Shown piece after piece: positions 9,225 to 14,707 of a stretch of DNA of 14,707 nt. Under the pieces are notes generated by a model. That model was not told where the DNA came from. It searched no databases and saw only the letters and a list, made by a program, of their open reading frames with translations. The position numbers and the translations under genes are program-made. This stretch comes from an uncultured Erysipelotrichaceae bacterium (lineage in GTDB: Bacteria; Bacillota_I; Bacilli_A; Erysipelotrichales; Erysipelotrichaceae): positions 1 through 14,707 of the forward strand of contig CAYWGS010000032.1 of assembly GCA_964457525.1 (NCBI GenBank), in the 5' to 3' direction. Numbering within the stretch: the stretch's first letter is position 1; the number at the start of each line of letters is the position of its first letter.

Positions 9225-9240
9225 ATCTATCTCCTATTAA

Positions 9241-9993
9241 CTACACTATTATAGACCATTTGCGAATAAATTCCCAAGACTTTAGTGTAACTCCTGTATG
9301 ATATTCGAGGAATTTAACTAATAATAGAATTAATTCATGACTGACCTCTTTATAATTAATGTAATTCTCAAAATTATCTTGATTTACCCTTTGACTTAAT
9401 CTAAATTCCTTTAAAAACTCTACAGTATAAATCGGTGAATGTATTTCAGCTTGGCAATCATTGCAAATTAATCCACCTTCTTCAATTGAAATACTGTTTA
9501 TTTTGGTTGAATCACATAATACACATGAATCGAAATGCGGAGAGATTCCATAATAATTCATATATGATGATAACATGAACGCCATAATCGCATTTAACCG
9601 TGACTTCTCTTCAATCTGATTTAAAATAAAACGAGTAAAGTCGAAATGTTCTTTTAAAGTATCTGGATCGTCTTCATCATGTATTAAGCTTTCTACAAGT
9701 TCGACACAGAGTGAGGCAGCCCCACTCTTCTGTAAATCTTCATGAATTTTATGATGACTTTGTATAATCTCACCTTGTAATAAGTTCTGAATTTGACCAG
9801 ATTCTTGGTAGTTAAACATAAACTCACTGATTGAATAAGGCATACATATACTGCGATTTTTACTATTTATTTTACGTATACCTTTCGCAAGAAATGTCAT
9901 TAAACCATAATCATAAGAAAATACCTTAATTAAGGCATCATTCTCTTTATAATCCATTTGACTCAAAACAATTACTTGTGTTTTATCATTCAT
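9241..9993 (-). CDS. recO: DNA repair protein RecO
   Basis: 250 aa. N-terminal OB-fold-like region and a CxxC...CxxC zinc finger (CVLCDS...CNDCQ). Conserved era-recO adjacency. 8-nt overlap with the era stop. Confidence 0.9.
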   Translation of the reverse strand: MNDKTQVIVLSQMDYKENDALIKVFSYDYGLMTFLAKGIRKINSKNRSICMPYSISEFMFNYQESGQIQNLLQGEIIQSHHKIHEDLQKSGAASLCVELVESLIHDEDDPDTLKEHFDFTRFILNQIEEKSRLNAIMAFMLSSYMNYYGISPHFDSCVLCDSTKINSISIEEGGLICNDCQAEIHSPIYTVEFLKEFRLSQRVNQDNFENYINYKEVSHELILLLVKFLEYHTGVTLKSWEFIRKWSIIV

Positions 9994-10879
9994 CTAAATC
10001 CCAATTATTGTACGTATTTAAACGTTTTTGTATATTGCGCCAATTCTTATCGACTTTAACCATCAAATCAAGATATACAGGTTTATTAAATCGTTTTTCT
10101 AGCTCTTCACGAGCATTCTGACCAATTTCTTTTAACATCGTTCCTTGTTTACCAATCAAGATTCCTTTTTGAGAATCTCGATCTGCAATAATGCTTGCTT
10201 GAATAAGAATCGATTTTTTATCTTCTTTAAAATTATCTAAAGTTACCGCTACTGAATGCGGAACTTCTTGGTTCGTTAAATGAAGCACATGTTCACGAAT
10301 GATTTCAGTAATGTAGAAATATTCAGGTAAATCAACCATTGAATCATCGCTAAAGAATGCTTCTTGTTCTGGTATAAAAGATTTCGTTACTTCAAGTAAA
10401 CGATCAATATTGTCATTGTTCTTAGCACTAACAGGTATAACTTCTTTAAATAGATTTAAACTTGAATACTCAAGTAATAATTCCATTAATTGTTTCTTTG
10501 GAATTAAATCAATTTTATTTAAGATTAGTAAAATTGGTAACTCTTGTTTTAAACATAAATCCAAAACAAATTGATCCCCTTTCCCAAAAGGTTTAGTCGC
10601 ATCCAATAAATAGTAAATAACATCAACCCCTTCTAACGCAGAAAAAGCTAATCGATTTAACTGGCGTCCAAGTTCGTGTTGAGGCTTATGAATACCAGGG
10701 GTATCTATAAATATCATTTGATATTCATTGGTTGTTTTTATACCACGTATCATATTACGTGTAGTTTGTGCTTTATTTGAAACAATGGCTACTTTATGAT
10801 TTAAGATATGATTTAAAAGAGTACTTTTACCAGCATTAGGACGTCCAATTAGAGCTATAAATCCCGCTCTAAAACTCAT
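9986..10879 (-). CDS. era: GTPase Era
   Basis: 297 aa. G1 GRPNAGKST, G3 DTPG, G4 NKID, and a C-terminal KH domain. ATGA overlap with the cdd stop. Confidence 0.96.
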   Translation of the reverse strand: MSFRAGFIALIGRPNAGKSTLLNHILNHKVAIVSNKAQTTRNMIRGIKTTNEYQMIFIDTPGIHKPQHELGRQLNRLAFSALEGVDVIYYLLDATKPFGKGDQFVLDLCLKQELPILLILNKIDLIPKKQLMELLLEYSSLNLFKEVIPVSAKNNDNIDRLLEVTKSFIPEQEAFFSDDSMVDLPEYFYITEIIREHVLHLTNQEVPHSVAVTLDNFKEDKKSILIQASIIADRDSQKGILIGKQGTMLKEIGQNAREELEKRFNKPVYLDLMVKVDKNWRNIQKRLNTYNNWDLDE

Positions 10880-11274
10880 AGAACATCCTCTTGAGTAAAG
10901 CGCATTGGTAATAAATCATCAATTGTTTGTTCAATTGTATCAACACCATTTGATAAATAAATGGGTGTCGTATCTTCAAGTAATTCAGATAATACTTGTC
11001 TACAAATCCCACAAGGAGCACCAATACGATGACCATCCGTCACAATCGCAATGGATTCAATATCTTGTTTACGATATCCATTGGAATAAGCCGCAAAAAT
11101 CGCACTTCTTTCACCACAGTTAGTTGCGCCAAACGAAGCATTTTCAATGTTTGCTCCTAAAAATGTGTTACCATCCTTAGTCACAACACATGAACCTACA
11201 TGATAATTTGAATAAGGTGCATACGCATTCCCCATTGCTTTAAATGCTAATTTCAATACATCTTCTTTTTTCAT
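10876..11274 (-). CDS. cdd: Cytidine deaminase (homotetrameric type)
   Basis: 132 aa. Zinc motifs CGERSAIF and PCGICRQV. The AGGAGG Shine-Dalgarno overlaps the dgkA stop codon. Confidence 0.95.
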   Translation of the reverse strand: MKKEDVLKLAFKAMGNAYAPYSNYHVGSCVVTKDGNTFLGANIENASFGATNCGERSAIFAAYSNGYRKQDIESIAIVTDGHRIGAPCGICRQVLSELLEDTTPIYLSNGVDTIEQTIDDLLPMRFTQEDVL

Positions 11275-11282
11275 AGTTCCTC

Positions 11283-11651
11283 CTATAGATGTTGAGCAAT
11301 AAAAATAATTCCAATAATTAAACTAAAGAATGCAGCAATCAGAACTGCAGCAGCCCCAAGATCTTTAGCCTTTTTTGTAAGAATATGATAACTTGGATCA
11401 AGTCGATCCATCATACTTTCAAATGAACTATTTAAATACTCAAGCGTTAATACCATTGAGATACAAATCAACCATATAGCCCATTCAATGCTCGTAAATT
11501 TAAATACACATGCAACAACTATCGCACAAAATGCAAAAAAGAATTGTAACTGAATACTAAAATCAGTTATTAATCCTTCTAGAATTCCATTAAATGCTAC
11601 TCTAAACTTAAAGATTAATTTTTGAATCGCACTACCTTCTTGCAATTTCAT
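11283..11651 (-). CDS. dgkA: Diacylglycerol kinase family protein (DgkA; undecaprenol kinase in Gram-positives). Start revised.
   Basis: The ORF track opens at 11711. The ATG at 11651 (MKLQEGSAIQKLIFKFRVAFNGILEG...) is preceded by a GAGGA Shine-Dalgarno with an 8-nt spacer and gives 122 aa, the usual DgkA size. Motifs EYLNSSFESMMD and AKDLGAAAV, and three TM helices. 20-nt overlap with ybeY. Confidence 0.88.
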   Translation of the reverse strand: MKLQEGSAIQKLIFKFRVAFNGILEGLITDFSIQLQFFFAFCAIVVACVFKFTSIEWAIWLICISMVLTLEYLNSSFESMMDRLDPSYHILTKKAKDLGAAAVLIAAFFSLIIGIIFIAQHL

Positions 11652-12087
11652 GTAAGATTTCCTCTTGTAAAGAAAACATTTCTTTTTCATCATCTGAATC
11701 CATATGATCATACCCTAATAAATGTAAAATCCCATGTGTAACGAGAAAACAGAATTCTCGTTTTAAGCTATGACCATATTCTTGAGCTTGTTCACGTATT
11801 GATTTGACATTAATAAAAATGTCACCCAACTCAATGTTATCTTCACCATTAACCATTTCATAATCATCCATTGATGCAAAACTAATAACATCCGTTACTT
11901 TATCAATGTTTCGATATGTACGATTTATTTCATGAATGGTTTCTGGTTCAACAAGTATAATTGAAAAATCATACTTCTTATCAAGATTTAACACTTGCAT
12001 GGTTTTTTGAGTGATTAAATCAATGTATTTCCGATAATTCTTCCATGATTGCTCATTGCTTTGATTGATATATTCGTAGTTCATCAT
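11632..12087 (-). CDS. ybeY: rRNA maturation endoribonuclease YbeY
   Basis: 151 aa. Metal-binding HGILHLLGYDH motif. Conserved ybeY-dgkA-cdd-era order. Confidence 0.95.
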   Translation of the reverse strand: MMNYEYINQSNEQSWKNYRKYIDLITQKTMQVLNLDKKYDFSIILVEPETIHEINRTYRNIDKVTDVISFASMDDYEMVNGEDNIELGDIFINVKSIREQAQEYGHSLKREFCFLVTHGILHLLGYDHMDSDDEKEMFSLQEEILHEIARR

Positions 12088-12089
12088 AA

Positions 12090-12105
12090 CGAAACTATTA
12101 TACCA
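12090..12105 (-). promoter_or_regulatory. Extended -10 promoter (TGGTATAAT) immediately upstream of ybeY
   Basis: The minus strand reads TGGTATAAT (12105..12097), then AGTTTC, G, TT, ATGATG. It sits just downstream of the phoU terminator hairpin. No good -35 (ACTCAA). The predicted +1 is near 12090. Confidence 0.45.
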
Positions 12106-12130
12106 TAGACAAAAATAATTTGAGTTATAT

Positions 12131-12157
12131 AAGATGAAGAAAAGAGCTTTCGCTCTT
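12131..12157 (-). terminator. Putative rho-independent terminator after phoU
   Basis: The minus strand reads TAAGAGC-GAAA-GCTCTT-TTCTTCATCTT. This is a 6-bp stem (12157..12152 with 12147..12142), a GAAA tetraloop and a T-rich tail. The stem begins inside the phoU stop codon. Confidence 0.45.
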
Positions 12158-12797
12158 ATCCAAAATCATAATACTGACCAGTTGCTTCATAAATAATTTG
12201 TTCGCAAACATTCTTTGTATGATCCCCTGCTCGCTCAATATTCCGTGCCATTCCAACCAAAGGAATTAATCGAATGGTATTCGGATCATTTAACTCAACT
12301 TCTTCTAATTTGAAGAATAAATTCTTGATTAATAAATCGATTTCATCATCGATTTTAGGTAATGCAAATGCTGCATCTAAATCTCTATTCTCAAACGCTT
12401 CCATTGCTTTGCTTAAGAAATCGAGGTAAACAAGATAAATTTCTTCTATTAGATTCATTTGATCTTCATGAATAGGGTCGTTCTTCAAAATAAATCGTGC
12501 AATATTCTTTGCATAATCTCCCATGCGTTCTAAATCAGTCGCAATCTTTATACCTGCTATGATAATCCTTAAATCACTCGCTACAGGCGCAAGTAAAGCT
12601 AATACTTCTAATGCTCTTCGATTAACGGATTCTTCATCATTATTAACATATTCATCACTTTCAATAATGGTTAATGCTAAATCACGATTATTGGTTTTAA
12701 GAGCTCTTAAAGCATCTTCATGCATCTTATGAACACGTGAACCCATTAATAATATATTTTCTTTAAATAAGCTTAATTCTAAGTTAATTTTTACCAT
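12156..12797 (-). CDS. phoU: Phosphate transport system regulator PhoU. Start revised.
   Basis: Two PhoU repeats: ATDLERMGDYAKNIA and ARNIERAGDHTKNVCE. The ORF-track start at 12806 is a TTG only 1 nt from the GGAAGG Shine-Dalgarno-like run. The ATG at 12797 lies 10 nt downstream of that run and 1 nt after the pstB stop. Confidence 0.9.
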   Translation of the reverse strand: MVKINLELSLFKENILLMGSRVHKMHEDALRALKTNNRDLALTIIESDEYVNNDEESVNRRALEVLALLAPVASDLRIIIAGIKIATDLERMGDYAKNIARFILKNDPIHEDQMNLIEEIYLVYLDFLSKAMEAFENRDLDAAFALPKIDDEIDLLIKNLFFKLEEVELNDPNTIRLIPLVGMARNIERAGDHTKNVCEQIIYEATGQYYDFG

Positions 12798-12798
12798 A

Positions 12799-13566
12799 TT
12801 AACCAAACCTTCCTGTTATGTAATCTTCTGTTCGCTTATCCTTAGGAACATGGAATAAATCTCGAGTCTCTCCCATTTCAATCACTTCACCCATTAAGAA
12901 GAAAGCTGTTTTATCACTGATACGTGCTGCTTGATGCATTGAGTGTGTAACAATAATAATCGTATAATCCTTCTTAAGATCTTGTATTAATTCTTCAATT
13001 TTAGCAGTCGCGATTGGATCTAAAGCCGAAGTTGGTTCATCCATAAGAATCACTTCAGGTTCCATCGCAATTGCACGTGCAATACAGAGACGTTGTTGTT
13101 GACCACCAGATAATCCATATGCATTATCATTTAAACGATCTTTAACTTCATCCCATAAAGCTGCTTTCTTTAACGAAGTTTCACAAACCTTATTTAATAC
13201 ATTTTTATCCTTTATATTCTGACATCTTAATCCATAAATAACATTTTCATAAATACTCATTGGAAACGGATTAGGCTTTTGGAACACCATACCAACTCGA
13301 GTTCTCAAATCCACTACATCAATCTTATCTTTCACAATATTCTTTTGATCAAATACAATATCTCCATCTATCTTAACATTTGGAATTAAATCGTTCATTC
13401 GATTTAAACATCTCAGTAAAGTAGATTTACCACAACCACTTGGACCAATGAAAGCTGTAACCTCATAACGTGATATATCCATATTGATACTTTTTAATGC
13501 CTGTTTATCTCCATAATATAAATTTAAATCTCTAATTTCAAATGAATTTTCCATATGATTTACCAT
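12799..13566 (-). CDS. pstB: Phosphate ABC transporter ATP-binding protein PstB
   Basis: 255 aa. Walker [10 protein letters not shown], signature LSGGQQQRL, Walker [13 protein letters not shown]-loop IVTHSM. The ATG at 13566 has an AAGG 7 nt upstream. An alternative ATG lies at 13554. Confidence 0.96.
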   Translation of the reverse strand: MVNHMENSFEIRDLNLYYGDKQALKSINMDISRYEVTAFIGPSGCGKSTLLRCLNRMNDLIPNVKIDGDIVFDQKNIVKDKIDVVDLRTRVGMVFQKPNPFPMSIYENVIYGLRCQNIKDKNVLNKVCETSLKKAALWDEVKDRLNDNAYGLSGGQQQRLCIARAIAMEPEVILMDEPTSALDPIATAKIEELIQDLKKDYTIIIVTHSMHQAARISDKTAFFLMGEVIEMGETRDLFHVPKDKRTEDYITGRFG

Positions 13567-14707
13567 TGTTTAACCTTTGCTCGAGTTAATACTTTAACTC
13601 CAATATTCATAATTAAGACCATAACTAATATAACAATTGATATTGCACTCGCAAGTGCGAAATTCGGTTGATCACCATTCATAATTGACCAAATTTGTAC
13701 AGCTAACGATGTAGCGCCTTTTAGTATTTCTGGTTTATCACTAATATACGTTCCCATCGTATAAATAAGAGCTGCTGATTCACCAATAATTCTACCGATG
13801 CTTAAGATTGTTGCGGTTAATATTCCAGGTAAAGCAGATGGAAGGATGATTTTAAAAATCGTTTGAGACTGATTTGCTCCTAAAGAATGGCTCGCTTCTC
13901 TAAAACTATCAGGTACGACTTTTAATGATTCTTCTGTTGTTCGAATAATCGTCGGTAATAAGATAATTGATAAAGTCAAACCACCCAATAAGATACTCGT
14001 ACCATTTGCCCCAACCAATGCTGTAATAGGAAATAGAACTAAGATACCCATCAACCCATATACAATACTCGGTACACCTGTTAGTAATTCAATACTACTT
14101 CGAATAAATGGTGTAAATCGATTAAACTTAGCATATTCATTTAGATATATGGCTGTCATAATTCCAATGGGCAACGAAATTAGTAAAGAAATACCAATTA
14201 AGATAAGCGTAGCAATTAATGATCCTAAAATCCCACCACCCTGAGTTTGAATAAACACTGAATCAAGTTGATCAGATTTATCAATTGTATTAATCGTGTC
14301 TTCTGCGTTTTGTTTGACAACTGGTCCGGCAGAACGTGTTACTCCATTCGTATTAACATAACTAATCTTATTTAATATCATACCTTCTTTAGCTTGTATG
14401 ATTTGTCCCTCATTAACACCTGTTGTAGAATTAATCAATTGATTAAATGGTGATTGAGGGTGGATATAACTAATCACAACAATAGCTTCTTTTCTTGCAT
14501 CAAAATCATCTTTGAGAGCTATACCGAATTTGTCTGAGTAATATTCGTTTGTATCTAATGTTGTATCCAATAAGAAATTATGCTCACTTTCAGGAATCTT
14601 AGCATAATAATTTTCTGACCAGTACGGACTTGTAAATAAATCGAGATTAAGTGTTGAGAACCCCTTTTGAAAGATAAATACGAATATAACAATTAATAGT
14701 AGTACAC
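13560..14707 (-). CDS. pstA: Phosphate ABC transporter permease PstA. The 5' end lies outside the window.
   Basis: The permease EAA region [38 protein letters not shown] is typical of PstA. The ORF-track start at 14570 is a TTG inside an open frame. Translating 14571..14705 gives [45 protein letters not shown], which is TM1 plus the conserved post-TM1 segment. The gene therefore continues past the window edge. Confidence 0.9.
   Translation of the reverse strand, partial: VLLLIVIFVFIFQKGFSTLNLDLFTSPYWSENYYAKIPESEHNFLLDTTLDTNEYYSDKFGIALKDDFDARKEAIVVISYIHPQSPFNQLINSTTGVNEGQIIQAKEGMILNKISYVNTNGVTRSAGPVVKQNAEDTINTIDKSDQLDSVFIQTQGGGILGSLIATLILIGISLLISLPIGIMTAIYLNEYAKFNRFTPFIRSSIELLTGVPSIVYGLMGILVLFPITALVGANGTSILLGGLTLSIILLPTIIRTTEESLKVVPDSFREASHSLGANQSQTIFKIILPSALPGILTATILSIGRIIGESAALIYTMGTYISDKPEILKGATSLAVQIWSIMNGDQPNFALASAISIVILVMVLIMNIGVKVLTRAKVKQW

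Noticed and set aside
9465-9485. GGTGGA on the minus strand within recO as a possible T-box core remnant
   Set aside because: It lacks the adjacent ACCGCG and the surrounding T-box consensus. It encodes the EEGGLI segment next to the RecO zinc finger.
10905-11123. 72-aa ORF antisense to cdd
   Set aside because: It is nested opposite the cytidine deaminase zinc-binding motifs. Its composition is His/Gln-rich and odd. It is a shadow ORF.
11652-11711. 20-codon N-terminal extension of dgkA given in the ORF track (MIIWIQMMKKKCFLYKRKSY)
   Set aside because: It would overlap ybeY by 80 nt and has no Shine-Dalgarno. The ATG at 11651 has a GAGGA Shine-Dalgarno at the right spacing and gives the canonical DgkA length.
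12523-12732. 69-aa ORF antisense to phoU
   Set aside because: It is nested opposite the first PhoU repeat, is Ser/Leu/Ala-rich, and has no signals.
12798-12806. TTG start for phoU at 12806
   Set aside because: The Shine-Dalgarno-like GGAAGG ends 1 nt before this TTG, which is too close. The ATG at 12797 is correctly spaced. The residual uncertainty is only 3 codons.
14360-14500. PDZ-like pattern in the PstA loop ([16 protein letters not shown]...[20 protein letters not shown])
   Set aside because: The resemblance to the PDZ pattern (a hydrophobic strand, SPA, then G-x-x-x-GD-x-I) is loose and judged by eye only. It should not be called without a profile or structure comparison. I kept it only as something to test under the PstA finding.
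1-14707. Possibility of mollicute genetic code 4 (TGA read as Trp), given the very low GC and mollicute-like gene set
   Set aside because: All long ORFs are intact under the standard code. Conserved Trp positions use TGG, for example the SigA TWWIRQ motif is encoded by TGGTGG at about 5027..5032. TGA ends cdd and era at the expected C-termini. A PBP gene is present.
1-14707. Search for CRISPR repeats, IS or transposase ends, tRNA or rRNA genes, long direct or inverted repeats, and defence or toxin-antitoxin genes
   Set aside because: None seen. Non-coding space totals only a few hundred nt, in four short patches, and every substantial ORF is a recognisable housekeeping gene.

Overview
AT-rich window (about 30% GC by eye), standard genetic code, almost entirely coding, with 15 protein genes. 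It is the conserved Bacillota housekeeping block that matches the Bacillus subtilis yqf/yqg region. Left to right: the 5' end of a class B penicillin-binding protein (-), ispG (+), the DEAD-box helicase cshB (-), ispH (+). Then comes one long minus-strand array, given here in transcription order: pstA (5' end outside the window), pstB, phoU, then a terminator and promoter, then ybeY, dgkA, cdd, era, recO, glyQS, dnaG, sigA, trmK. A PBP together with TGG-only Trp codons argues for a walled low-GC Bacillota lineage (possibly Erysipelotrichales-like, low confidence) and against a code-4 mollicute. I found no rRNA, tRNA, CRISPR array, IS or transposase, phage gene, toxin-antitoxin pair or defence-like gene, and no unassigned ORF of meaningful size. 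My honest reading is that this is an ordinary core-genome region and I cannot support a new multi-gene system here. The points worth a second look are within-gene or organisational. (1) SigA carries an insertion of about 155 aa between regions 1.2 and 2.1. (2) PstA carries an extracytoplasmic insertion of about 130 aa between TM1 and TM2. (3) The era, recO, glyQS and dnaG-sigA units are fused into one gapless 8.2 kb array, and glyQS has no room for its usual T-box leader. (4) ybeY, and possibly the PBP gene, have a promoter and start codon arranged for a near-leaderless mRNA. (5) Two convergent gene pairs overlap through palindromic stop codons, with terminator hairpins placed inside or across coding sequence. 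Three corrections to the ORF track: pstA continues beyond 14570 to the window edge, an edge-truncated PBP ORF at 1..369 is missing, and the dgkA and phoU starts are probably downstream of the listed ones.
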